DNA of 64,000 nt from Vicugna vicugna (Eukaryota): contig MU058654.1 in the NCBI GenBank assembly GCA_013265495.1, forward strand, positions 1 to 64,000. The letters are read 5' to 3'. Position 1 is the first letter of the stretch, and each line of letters opens with the position of its first letter. Shown here in pieces: positions 1 to 11,799 of this stretch. A program made the translations under genes and the position numbers. A model generated the notes under the pieces. That model was given only the letters and a program-made list of their open reading frames with translations. It was not told where the DNA came from and did no database searches.

Positions 1-154
1 ACTTTGTAGGGAAAATGATTAATTAGACAATCTTCTATTAACTTGCATCTGAACGTTGGTGTGAATGTTCCCAACTTTAGTTGGTCCACATGGGACAAAG
101 TTTTGAACTAGCACCAGCCCCCAGTCTGGTTTATAATTCTGATCCTGTCCATTT

Positions 155-778
155 CTTTTTTTTTTTAATTTTTTAAAATTGAAGTATAGTCAGTTTCAGT
201 GTGTCAGTTTCTGGTGTACAGCACAATGTTCCAGTCATGTATATATACATATGCACACATATATTTGTATTCATATTCTTTCTCATTAAAAGTTATTACA
301 AGGTATTAAATCTGGTTCCTTGTCCTATACGGAAGAAATTTGTTTTTTTATCTATTTTTATATATAGTGGCTAACATTTGCAAATCTCAAACTCCCAAAT
401 TTATCCCTTCCCACCCCCTCTCCCAAGTAACCATAAGATTGTTTACTATGCCTGCGAATCTGTTCTTTTGTAGATGAGTTCATTAGCGTACTCTTTTCTC
501 CTTTTTTCCTTTCGTTTCTTACCTTCTTTTTTCTTTTTTAGATTACACATATGAGTGGTATCATATGGTATTATTCTTTCTCTTTCCAGCTTACTTCACT
601 TAGAATGACAATCTCCAGGTCTATCCATGTTGCTGTAAATGGCATTATTTTATTCTTTTTTATGGCTGAGTAGTATTCCATTGTATAAATATACCACAAC
701 TTCTTTATGCAGTCATCTATTGATGGACATTTAGGTTGTTTTCACATCTTGGCTATTGCAAATAATGCTATGAACATA
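155..778 (-). mobile_element. LINE-1 3' end (ORF2 C-terminus plus 3' UTR), older subfamily, 5'-truncated
   Basis: T-run at 156-166 (poly-A on the minus strand), then antisense L1 3' UTR and ORF2 tail (gattacacatatgagtggtatcatatggtat...gtagtattccattgtataaatatacc). Imperfect 16-bp TSD ctgatcctgtccattt (139-154) / ctgagcctgtctattt (779-794). Confidence 0.9.
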
Positions 779-1358
779 CTGAGCCTGTCTATTTTGAATC
801 CATGCCTTTGGGCTGTTCTGCCCCACCCCATCCACCAGCTCTTTGTTGACTCTCTTGTATAATTTAAGTACTTATTTACCCCTTGTCTCTTCCTCAAGTT
901 TAAACTCCTTTGAAGGCTGGAAAACCTACTCAGACAGACTCATCTTGTGGCAAGCCCTCCTCCTCCCTCCATCAAACAGAAACTACTAGAGTTTTAGTCT
1001 TGCTTCCTTAATCAAATACCGAATATGTCTACAGCACACTTTTAGATTGAGAGATTTTTATATCAAGCACATAAGTTGAAGATACTTGAAGAAATTTGAA
1101 AGTTTTGTGCTTTTAAGGCATTTAAATGCAGAATATAGGAGAAAATTTGCACAGTGCAACATTTAAAGGACAAGAGAGTTATAGTGACACGTGTTTTAAT
1201 TATATGAATGTAACATAGACAACTAGTACAATTTCAGTCAGTACTAAATGAAGCTCAAAGGAACCTTAACATTATATGTAAATTTAAAAAATGTGCAGTA
1301 TAGTGTATATATGTATTTACATGCAGTATGTTGTATATGTGCAAATTCTATCAATTTT

Positions 1359-2990
1359 GTTCCATTGGTCTATATGTCTGTTTTTGTACCAATACCATGC
1401 TGTCTCGATGACTGTAGCTCTATAGTATTGTCTGAAGTCTGGGAAAGTTATTCCTCCAGCCTCTTTCTTTCTCTTCAGTAATGCTTTGGCAATTCTAGGT
1501 CTTTGATGGTTCCATATAAATTTTATTATGATTTGTTCTAGTTCTGTGAAATATGTCCTGGGTAATTTGATAGGGATTGCATTAAATCTGTAGATTGCCT
1601 TGGGCAGTGTGACCATTTTAACAATATTGATTCTTCCAATCCAAGAGCATGGAATATCTTTCCATTTTTTAAAGTCTTCTTTAATTTCCTTCATCAATGG
1701 TTTATAGTTTTCTGTGTATAATTCTTTCACCTCCTTGGTTAGATTTATTCCCAGGTATTTTATTACTTTGGGTGCTATTTTAAAGGGGATTGTTTCTTTA
1801 CTTTCTTTTTCTGTTGATTCATCATTAGTGTAAAGAAATGCAACTGATTTTTGAATGTTAATTTTGTAACCTGCTACCTTNNNNNNNNNNNNNNNNNNNN
1901 NNNNNNNNNNNNNNNNNNNNNNNNNNNNNNNNNNNNNNNNNNNNNNNNNNNNNNNNNNNNNNNNNNNNNNNNNNNNNNNNNNNNNNNNNNNNNNNNNNNN
2001 NNNNNNNNNNNNNNNNNNNNNNNNNNNNNNNNNNNNNNNNNNNNNNNNNNNNNNNNNNNNNNNNNNNNNNNNNNNNNNNNNNNNNNNNNNNNNNNNNNNN
2101 NNNNNNNNNNNNNNNNNNNNNNNNNNNNNNNNNNNNNNNNNNNNNNNNNNNNNNNNNNNNNNNNNNNNNNNNNNNNNNNNNNNNNNNNNNNNNNNNNNNN
2201 NNNNNNNNNNNNNNNNNNNNNNNNNNNNNNNNNNNNNNNNNNNNNNNNNNNNNNNNNNNNNNNNNNNNNNNNNNNNNNNNNNNNNNNNNNNNNNNNNNNN
2301 NNNNNNNNNNNNNNNNNNNNNNNNNNNNNNNNNNNNNNNNNNNNNNNNNNNNNNNNNNNNNNNNNNNNNNNNNNNNNNCCAGAAGGAAATCTACTTCAGG
2401 ATGACACCTGCACCCCAATGTTCATAGCAGCACTATTTACAATAGCCAAAACATGGAAACAGCCTAAATGTCCATCAACAGGTGACTGGATAAAGAAGAG
2501 GTGGTATATTTATACAATGGAATACTACTCAGCCATAAAAACTGACAACATAATGCCAGTTGCAGCTACATGGATGCTCCTGGAGAATGTCATTCTAAGT
2601 GAATTAAGCCAGAAAGAGAAAGAAAAATACCATATAAGATCGCTCGTATGTGGAATCTAAAAAACAAAAACAAAAACAAACAAACAAACAAACAAAAACA
2701 AAGTGTAAATACAGGACAGAAATAGAGTCATAGACAGAGAATACAGACTTGTGGTTGCCAGGGGGGCGGAGGGTGGGAAGGGATAGACTGGGATTTCAAA
2801 ATTGTAGAATAGATAAACAAGATTATACTGTATAGCACAGGGAAATATACACAAAACGTTATGGTAGCTCACAGAGAAAAAAAGGTGACGATGAGTGTGT
2901 ATATGTCCATGTATGACTGAAAAATTGTGCTGAACACTGGAATTTGACACAGCATTGTAAAATGATTATAAATCAATAAAAAATGTTAAA
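1359..2990 (+). mobile_element. Young LINE-1 with 5' inversion (antisense ORF2 segment 1359-1880, N gap, sense 3' end 2379-2990)
   Basis: Perfect 16-bp TSD aaattctatcaatttt at 1343-1358 and 2991-3006. 1359-1880 is the reverse complement of ~16438-16960 of the long L1 (ORF ...[16 protein letters not shown]...). 2379-2990 matches 17779-18390 in sense. Confidence 0.9.
1881..2378. other. Assembly gap (498 N)
   Basis: Run of N. Confidence 1.
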
Positions 2991-3064
2991 AAATTCTATC
3001 AATTTTACCTAATAAAACTGAAAAATGAAAAAAAAAAGGAAAAGACATGGTTGCTAAAAAAAGA

Positions 3065-3940
3065 TGTTTAAAACTAAATTCTTGATCTTCTTTCCCATCA
3101 GTCCCTTTGTGAGACTGCTTCTCTCCTGTGTTCCCCATCTGGTTGACCACACCATGCATGTCAGAGTCATAATCGATGCTACTGTCTCCCCAACTTCTCA
3201 CTTCTGATCAATTGCCAAGACCTCTCTCCAAATCCATACCCTTCTTTTCCACCTTCACCACAGAGACTCTAGAGTAGCCCATCCCCACTTGTCTGGTCCA
3301 TGCAGACACCTCCTCCTTTACCTACCTGCACTGACATTCTGACCTTGCCAATCCATTCTCCACAATTCAAACATGGTATTTTTCTTTTTGTTTCTTTTTT
3401 ATCTAAGTATAGTTGATTTATAATTTTGTGTTAATTTCTGGTGTACAGCATAGCGATTCACTCACATATATTTATATATATTCCTTTTCATCATAGACCA
3501 TTACAAGGTGTTGAATATATTCCCCCGTGCTGTATGATAGGTCCTTGTTGTGTATCTATTTTATGTATTGTAGTTCGTATCTACAAATCCCAAACTCCAG
3601 ATTTCTCCCTTCCCACCCTCTTTCTCCCCTGGTCACCATAAGTTTGTTTTCCATGTCTGTGAGTCTATCTCTGCTTTGTAAATAAGTACATTTGTGGGGT
3701 TTTTTTTTTTGAATCCACATATAAGTGATATCATACGGTATTTTTTTTTTCTTTTTCTGGCTTCACATAGTATGACAGTCCCCAGGTCCATCCATGTTGC
3801 TGCAAATGACATAATTTTATTTTTTTATGGTGGAGTAGTATTCCACTGTGTATGTATATATACTACAACTTCTTTATCCAGTCACAAACACGATATTTTT
3901 AAAACTCAAGTCTGATCACTTAAAACCCTTCAATAACCTC
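3065..3940 (+). mobile_element. Ancient L2 (LINE-2) fragment, split by a younger L1
   Basis: L2-like text (ccaatccattctcaca ... tttttaaaactcaagtctgatcacttaaaacccttcaa) reads continuously once 3384-3884 is removed. Confidence 0.6.
3384..3884 (-). mobile_element. LINE-1 3' end, older subfamily, nested in L2
   Basis: Antisense L1 3' UTR and ORF2 tail. Imperfect TSD caaacatggtattttt (3368-3383) / caaacacgatattttt (3885-3900). Confidence 0.88.
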
Positions 3941-3959
3941 TCTTGGATAAAATGTGACA

Positions 3960-5740
3960 TCAAGGTTAATTTTTTGCTGATGCATGTCCATTTTTTTCCC
4001 AACACCATACGTTGAAAAGACTATTCTTTCTACATTGAATGGCTTTTGGCAATTTTGTAAAAAATCAAGTTGTCGTTATTAGAGTTTATTTCTAATTCTC
4101 TATTATTTTCCGTGATCTATTTCTCTCTCCTTCACTAATAGCATTCTCTCTTGATTACTGTACATCTATAGAAAGTCTTAAATATGGGTCATTTTTGAAA
4201 TTCCTTCTTGCAATTCCTTTGTCTTTCATATACATTTTAGAATCAACTTCACAGTATCTGCAAAAAATCATGTTGTGATTTAGTTAGAAATTGCACTAAA
4301 CTGATTTGAAGAGAATTGACATTTTACTATACTGAATCTTCAAAACCACGAATACAATGTGTCTCTCAATTTATTCAGATGTTCTTTTATTTCCTTCATC
4401 ACCATTTGTAGCTTTCAGCCTAGAGATGCTGTTTCTGTTTTATTAGATTTATGTCAAAGGATTTCATCATGTTTGGAGCTATAATAAAAGATATACCTTT
4501 TAATCTTTGTGTCTACCTGTTCATTGTTAGTACACAGAAATAAAATTGATTTTGTGTGTGTGTGTTGATCTTGTATCCAATGAACTTGCTGAACTTACTT
4601 ACTAGTTCTAGAATGTTTTATTTTTTGGCATATTCCTTGTGAAAATCATGTTATCTAAGCATGTTATCTAAGCCAGTTTTGTTTCTTCCATTCTAGTCTG
4701 TACATCTCTGATTTTCTTTTCTTCCCTTATTACACCTGCTAGGACTCCCAGTCATACTATTTGAATAGTAGTGAGAATGGACATTTTTGCCTTGTTCTTG
4801 ATCTTTCAGGGAAAGCAATTAATATTTTACCATCAAGTACAATATTAGTTGTAGATTTTTTTAGCTCTTTTTTGTGAAGCTGAGGAAGCTCTCCAACTAT
4901 GCATAATGCCTTAATCTTCATGTATGGTGGTTGAATTTTATCCAATGCTTTTTGTGTATCAGTTCAAATGATCATATGATTTTTCTTCTTTAAACTGTTA
5001 TATGGTTGAACATACTGTTTGATTATCAAATATTGAACAACTCTTGCATTTCTGCAACAAACACCTCTCAGTTGACATGCATTATTCTTTTTCTATATTG
5101 TTTGATTTGTTTTGTTCTGACTTTGTTTCTATATTCATATGGGATACTGGTTGATGTTTAACTTTTTTTTTTCTTTTCTTTTTTGGTATTATTGTCTTCG
5201 TCTGGTTTGCATATCAAGGCAATCCTGGCCCCATTCAATGAGTTGTCTTTTCTGTTTTCTGGAAGATAGTTTGTAGAATTTATGCTTTTTATTCTTTAAA
5301 TATTTGCTTGCACGTATAAGTGAAATCATCTCGATCAGAAGATTTCTTAATTGGAAGGTTTCTAATAACAAATTTGATGTCTTTATTAGTCATATTCAGC
5401 TTATTTAATTTTGGATGAGTTATGATAATTTGTGGTTTTCCAGGAATCTGTTCATTTCATGTAAGTTATTGCATTTATGTGCAAGAAAGTGTTTTCTCTG
5501 TTCTCTTATTATACTGCTAATGTCTTAGGTTCTGTAATGATAACCCATCTTTCATTCCTGATATTATTGATTTTTATAATCTCTCTCCCTTTAGTCATTC
5601 TTGATAAGATAATATCAATACCTTATTGATATATAAAAGGTATCAGATTTTGATTTGATTCATTTTCTTCATTGTTTTACTGATTCAAATTCCATTAATT
5701 TCTCCTAGAAGCTTCTTTCCTCCTACTTGCTTGAGATTTA
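3960..5740 (-). mobile_element. Old, degenerate L1M-type ORF2 fragment
   Basis: Antisense ORF2 hallmarks (gagaattgacattttactatactgaatctt; gtagtgagaatggacatttttgccttgttcttgatc). Minus ORF 4757-4945 resembles [10 protein letters not shown]...[19 protein letters not shown]. Confidence 0.85.
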
Positions 5741-5975
5741 TCTCACTTAGCATAATACTCTCTAGTTCCATCCATGTTGTTACAAATGGCAAGATTTTAT
5801 TCTCTTTTTATAGCTGACACCACATCTTTATCTATTCATCTATTGTTGGGCCTTTAGGTGGCTTCCGTATCTTGGCTACTGCAAATAATACTGCATTGAA
5901 CATAGGGCTGCATATATATTTTTCGAATTAGTGTTTTCATTTTCTTCAAATGAATTAGTGTTTTCATTTTCTTCT
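5740..5975 (-). mobile_element. L1 ORF2 3' fragment ending in a 23-bp tandem duplication
   Basis: tctcacttagcataatactctctagttccatccatgttgttacaaatggcaag...; gaattagtgttttcattttcttc at 5925-5947 and 5952-5974. Confidence 0.75.
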
Positions 5976-6279
5976 ATGTGCTTTTAAGAATATACTTTAT
6001 GTATTTTAAGTATATATTTACCTTTAGGTTTCAGAAATTTGATTGTACTCTGTATGAGCATATATTCAGATGTATCCTGTTTGGGGTTCACTTGGCTTCT
6101 TAAATCTGCAAATGTTAGTCCTCCATCAAATTTCAGAAGCTGATATTCCCTCTAACATTTTTCACCTCTGTACATCTTCTTCTCTCCTTCTGAGTCTGTG
6201 TTGACACTGATGTCAGATCATTGTTCTTGCTTCACTGGTCCTGAGGATCTGTTCATCTTTCTTTTTGTTCCTTTTAAAT

Positions 6280-6595
6280 ACATTTTTTTACAGCAGTTTT
6301 AGGTTTACAGAAAAATTGAGCTGAAAGTACAGAGTTCCCATCCACTTCCTATTCGTCCCTGCTCCCACACATCCTCCTTCAATATTGACATCCCCCACCA
6401 GGCAGAGTGGTATATTTGTTACAGTCAGTGAACCTATACGGACATGTCATTATCACTCAAGGTCCATAATTAACATTAGGGATCAATCTTGGTGTTATAC
6501 ATCCTGCAGTTTTTGACAAATGTATAATTACTTGTACCCACCAGTATAGTATCAGGCAGAATAGTTTCAATGCCTTAAAAATCCCTTGTGCTCCT
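6280..6595 (-). mobile_element. Old L1M (L1MB/MC/MD-like) 3' UTR fragment
   Basis: agcagttttaggtttacagaaaaattgagctgaaagtacagagttccca...cattagggatcaatcttggtgttatacatcc, typical of the antisense L1M 3' end. Confidence 0.75.
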
Positions 6596-6599
6596 ACAG

Positions 6600-6929
6600 G
6601 ACTTACCATAGGATTGTAATTCCACCTCTCCATCTGACTTCCTTTAGCCAGAGAAATCTTAGCAAGAGGGAGATGGGTCACTTCTGGGTAAAACTTAAAT
6701 AGATGCTGAGTACTTCCCTGCTGTCTCTTTTTCTCATGGCTACTGGCTATGCTCCAAATGGTGGATGCTCCCTCAACCTGTTAACTGATGAAGATGACGT
6801 GAAGTAATGGCCCAACCAACATGTAAGCATGTGATATACTTGTAGAGAAATAATTCATTGTTTTAGGCCATTGCTATTTTTAATTTACTTATTACTGGAC
6901 ATGACTTAAAACCATCCTGAGTGATACAA
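6600..6929 (+). mobile_element. MaLR (MLT1-like) LTR fragment
   Basis: MLT1-like 3' end: gagaaataattcattgttttaggccattg...catcctgagtgataca. Confidence 0.6.
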
Positions 6930-6954
6930 TGTGTGTGTGTGTGTGTGTGTGTGT
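6930..6954. repeat. (TG)12 microsatellite
   Basis: Direct reading. Confidence 0.95.
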
Positions 6955-7009
6955 AAGCACATGTGGGAGACACTCAAGGGAGAGGACTTTAAGAAGTATG
7001 TATCACTCT

Positions 7010-7440
7010 TCTGTGCTATGTCTGTTATCCTTTCTCCTTCTGGAAACATAACCCTTTTCCTTTCCAACAATCGGCCTGGTGATAGTGAAGGTCAGGGCAC
7101 TCCTGCATGTGAGTACTCAGAGCAGTGGGCACTTAACCTCGTTAGGCTGGATCAGTCACAGGAAATTATCTTACCTGGCAGAGGTTTGTGTACAGGTGGG
7201 CATGGGACCCAAGATAGGTCAACTGGACTGTCTTGCACAATGTGGTGGCTGAAGAAGAGCCGAGCCCCAGCAGCCTCCCCCACTCCTGTCGTGGTCACTC
7301 TGACTGCCTTCTCTCCTATTCATTTGTCTTTAATTCTGTGGTTCTTCAGTGTCCTTTCAAAAATGTTCTCTGCTTTACTAATCTTTAATAATTAAGGATA
7401 GTTTCTGTTGTTTGACTCTAAAGAACCATAGCTTATAAAG
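7010..7440 (+). mobile_element. Old ERVL/MaLR-type LTR relic
   Basis: LTR-like terminus gtttctgttgtttgactctaaagaaccatagcttata and LTR16/MLT-like start; family uncertain. Confidence 0.4.
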
Positions 7441-8229
7441 GTAGACGATTGTTTTTATCAATTGGCTTAAAGATAAGTCCTTGGACTTTCTCATCTAATT
7501 AATGCCTTTAGGTGCTTACTCATGCTATGTTTTCCTTACACTTCCCTTAGGTTTATCTTAATGCATTGTTTAACATTAAATATTTAGTAGGTTTTTTTTT
7601 TGCTTGCTTGACTAAAAATGTGTATTTTAGAAGCTATGAAATGTCCTCTGAGCATTTTTAGATTTATCTTATGTCTGTAAATTTTATCATTTTTATTATC
7701 ATTGTATTCTGCATATTCCAGAATTTTGAATTGTATTTCATCTTTATCAAAAATTGAGAATTTCTCTTCAATTTAAGGCCACTTTTTCCAATGTTGTTAT
7801 TAATTTTATTTTTATCTCATTTTGTTCTGAATCTAATTTGTTCTATTTCCAAATTTTATAATTTATTGCACTGCTATTTGCAGCATGCTATGTAATTAAA
7901 GCTTTTTTCTATTTCATGGACATTTAAGAAGATGTATTTAAAGTTTTAGGATATGGATGGCGTATATGTTCATTTCATCTATCTCATGAATGACTATTTC
8001 CCTAAGTCTATACTTTTTTGTGTGTTTCTACTGGGTCCAAAATGATCAGAGGCAGATAAATTATTTCTGTACTGATTCTTATTATTTATTTTGCTACAGT
8101 TTTGCATTATAAACATTTGGTGATATAATTTTTAATGCAGAAAAATGCATGACCTATCTTTAGTGTGAATTGTGCATTGTGTTATTCTGGAGTTCCCTTT
8201 CATGTCTTGATTTATGAATGTGGTTCCAT

Positions 8230-9110
8230 TCTGTGAAAAGCAAGGTTGCTCAGTGATTGATGACAAAATGAAATTTTAGACCAATTTCCTTAGCCAGGAA
8301 TTTATACCAGAAAATACTGAAGAAATGAGGCCATTCCCAGTGGTGGATGAAAGTAGAAAAAAAATGGTACCATTTTTATACCTTGCTTATACAAAAATAA
8401 ATTCTGAATAAGATAAGTACTTAAATGTAAGAAATTAATTTATAAAATATTATACAATCCTAGCATTAAGAAAGCCTTTCTAATTATAGCATGAAGCTCA
8501 CAAACTCTCAGATAGTATACTGTGAAGTTTGAACATATAAAAACAATAATAGTTTTGTAATGAGAAAAAACAAAATGTAGGTATACTTATTACAAGAGAA
8601 GGAATAATAATCTATAAATGTCTCTTGCTTATATATGGAAGTACAAGTAATCCAATAGAAAAATAGGCAAAGGGCCTGAACAGATAGTCCACATTCATAC
8701 CAAAAATCGCAAATGAATTAATGATGAGAAAAAAAAAACCCAAATAGCCAGTGAACATGTAAAAAGAATGCCCAACGTTATTAATAACTATGAAAATAGC
8801 AACATGTGATGTGTTTATAGTAATTCTTACAAGAATTTCACATTGTAGTTGGTGAAGTGTAAGGCAATTGGCATTTTTCCCTCATGGATGGTGGGTGGAA
8901 ATCTTAGTAAAATTCTATTTTGAACAAGCAAAATTTAAAATATGCACACCCTTCTAAACCTAGGAATTTATCTTGATAAAAGGAGATCACAAAGATGTTC
9001 TTTTCAAGATGGTGATAAGAAACTCTTGGAGGCTAACTAAAGAGCTCTTCAATAAGATGTTTGTTAAATTGAGACACATCCATACAATGAGCTATTAAAA
9101 CATATTTGAG
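8230..9110 (+). mobile_element. Very old L1ME-type ORF2 3' fragment
   Basis: Degenerate L1 motifs (caaaaataaattctgaataagataagtacttaaatgtaaga; caatagaaaaataggcaaagggcctgaacagata; acatccatacaatgga). Confidence 0.65.
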
Positions 9111-9339
9111 AGGATGTATGGTTAAGAATGATGCAGTAAAGGTGTTTTTATTCCACATTCTTCTCTGAAGCCAATTAAAAAGAACAAAAACATAGAAGAA
9201 TTGTTCATGGTCAAAACTAGGAAACAGTTCTCACCAGTCTCAGAGCAAGAGAAATAGATGCCAAATATGTTGAGGTCAGCATCAAAACAAGGCAAGACAC
9301 AGCCATTTACATGATCAAATAATTACAGAAGTGGAGGAG

Positions 9340-10060
9340 AAGAGACAAATCTTCCACACAGAAATTGTAAATAATTTATGTAGACATTCCCCCGCTCAAA
9401 GAGGTTAGGCGTAGCTCCCTGTCCCTTAACTGTGGGCTGCATATGCTGACTTCCTTCCAAAGAGCGAAGTATTGAAAAAGAGAACAGTACCTTCAGCCAC
9501 GTGAGCAAGGTCAAAAATCAACAGTTACAAGTCGTATTGATAACATGTGCTCTTGACATAGTGTGATGAAATGTCCCTTTACCTCTGCAGTCTTTTCCCC
9601 GAAAAATATCTAACCTCAGTCTAACCATGAGAAAGTCATCAGACAAACCCCAATTCAGGGGCATTCTGCAAAATTACTCAATCAGCACTCCTCAAAACTG
9701 GTAAGGTCATTAAAGCAAGGAACCTTTGAGAAACCCACATAGCTCAGAAGGCTCCAAAAGCATGATGTCTAAATATAGTGTAGTAACCTCAATGGGATAT
9801 TGAAACAGAAAAAAGTCACTAAGGAAAAAAAAACTTAATATAATCTGAATAAAGTTTGGGCTTTAATTAATCATAATTAGTAATTATTATTTGATTAGTT
9901 GTAACAATATTATTTATTAGTTGTGTCAAATGTTCCATAGTAACACAGATGTTAACAATAGGAGAAACTGGGTGTGTTGTATATGGAGACAACGTTGTGT
10001 CATGGCTACTTTCGTATGAATTTAAAACTACCATAAAATATTTTAAATACTTCAATGCTT
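9340..10060 (+). mobile_element. L1MC-type 3' UTR
   Basis: tgtgggctgcatatgctgacttccttccaaagag...cagtctaaccatgagaaagtcatcagacaaacccc...gatgttaacaataggagaaactgggtg. Confidence 0.75.
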
Positions 10061-10329
10061 TTTGAAAACTTTTATGAAATACCACTAAATGGAAAAATAC
10101 TAGATTTGTTTCCTGTGTCTCTTCAAAGGGAAGACATAGAAACAATTGGCAGAAGCTAAAATGAGGCAACTTTAGTTCTGTAAAGAATTTCTTTCTTAAT
10201 CATTCAACCTCTCTTTGAGGTTGATTCAGCTGTGGAGGTAATGGAGGAATACTTGCTAGAGATTTTGGAAAAAAAGGATTGCAGTATCTGATACGGGTTA
10301 AACTAGACAATAATCAAGATAACTTTATT

Positions 10330-10480
10330 GAGCAATATCATGTTCTTCACATAATTTAATTCTAACAACACCTCCAGTTAAAAGTGAGTTCTTATGAGCG
10401 CCTGAGACTTGCCTGAGGCTGCCAAGAAAGTACACGGCCAGGATGGAAGCCATTGCTGTCTCAGTCCAAAGCCCCTGGCC
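10330..10480 (-). mobile_element. MIR SINE relic
   Basis: atttaattctaacaacacct...gacttgcctgaggctgccaag...ctgtctcagtccaaagccc. Confidence 0.6.
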
Positions 10481-11799
10481 TTTCCACCCACAGGGATGTC
10501 TTCTGGGATGAGTCTCCAAGACATGGCGAAGGGAGGTTGATTCAAGAAGAAAATTCTCATGGAAAGAGACAACAACAAAAAATGGCAGTCTGGAGAGCTA
10601 GAAAAGATATTCAGAATCAGAAAAGAAACAAAGAATGTGATCTGTGGTAGTCTCCAAGGTAAGTGCAGAAAAAACAGAAAATGAAATTCCTGTGAAGATA
10701 GTCAATCGACTCTAAATAGTTGTGTTTTCCTCTATCATCAAATATCAAGAGTCGGCAGGAGATGCGGACGTTTAACCAAATAAAATATTCAAAAACATCA
10801 GATTGTGATCCATGGTTTTCATAGTATGGGCCCAACCATGTGTGTTGAATGAGTACTGCCAGATCCTCTGTCCCAGCAACAAGCAAAATTTAGGCTCATG
10901 TTGGAGGCGTTCCATGCTGTGAACAACTGAATTTATGACCAGGGAGAAAGAGAATGTGCTGCGGTTGACCAATCATGTGGAAAAGAATATGCACAATAGA
11001 CTTCGTAAGACTTTGCAGTGTCTGTGTTGTCATTTGAGAAAATAGTCCAGTGCTCATGGAACACACATCTTGATCTCCTCTACCGCCATGTTTTCCTGCA
11101 AATTAATCAGTAAGCAGAAAAGAAATAGTCAAAAATAAAATAAAAAAAAAACCCACCAGGATTACTGACTTAGAGTTGTAAGCATTTTCTTCGTAAAGGG
11201 TCAGTTGTACTCAGAGGCTTGAAGTCAGTCCTGGGGGGCTGTGGGCTATTGATCTCCCTATTGCGGAGTGTGTCCTGGTTGAAGGTTAGTCGCAGATGCT
11301 TCAGAATAGTCTTTCTGCAGTCTTGCCGCCTTCCTCCACTCACGATGAAACTGTTTAATGCATAAAGCTTTGATGCTTAAACTGCTTCTGACCTTCTGTG
11401 AGCACTTCAAAGTGGAAAATTAGCTGCCTGGAAAAATATAATAACCTAAATCCAGCAATTTGGGACACACATGTTAGAGTCTGTTGAACTCATGTTGACG
11501 ACTTACACTGTTTCTTTTGGGAACGGATTGTCTTGGAGGCCTGTAATTGGAGAAGTGTGCTAATTTGAAGAGTTTGAAAACAAGTAGGTATCGATCCCTT
11601 ATTTAAGTGTCATTCCTGTTAGGGTCTTAGCTCAGAGGCAAGATGTTAGAAGCTGTGCATAAAGGTGGTTTCTCTGTATTCGGTTTTTCATGTTACCATT
11701 TGTCAAAGTGAAGTTATATTTAATATACTGTATACAAAATAACTTTCATGAAATTTTTTCTCTTGTTTTTTTCTTTTTCTTTTTTTTCCTCTTTTTAGA

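Noticed and set aside
1851..2660. Long ORFs spanning the first N gap
   Set aside because: Artefacts of translating N; the real parts are L1 ORF2 fragments in opposite orientations.
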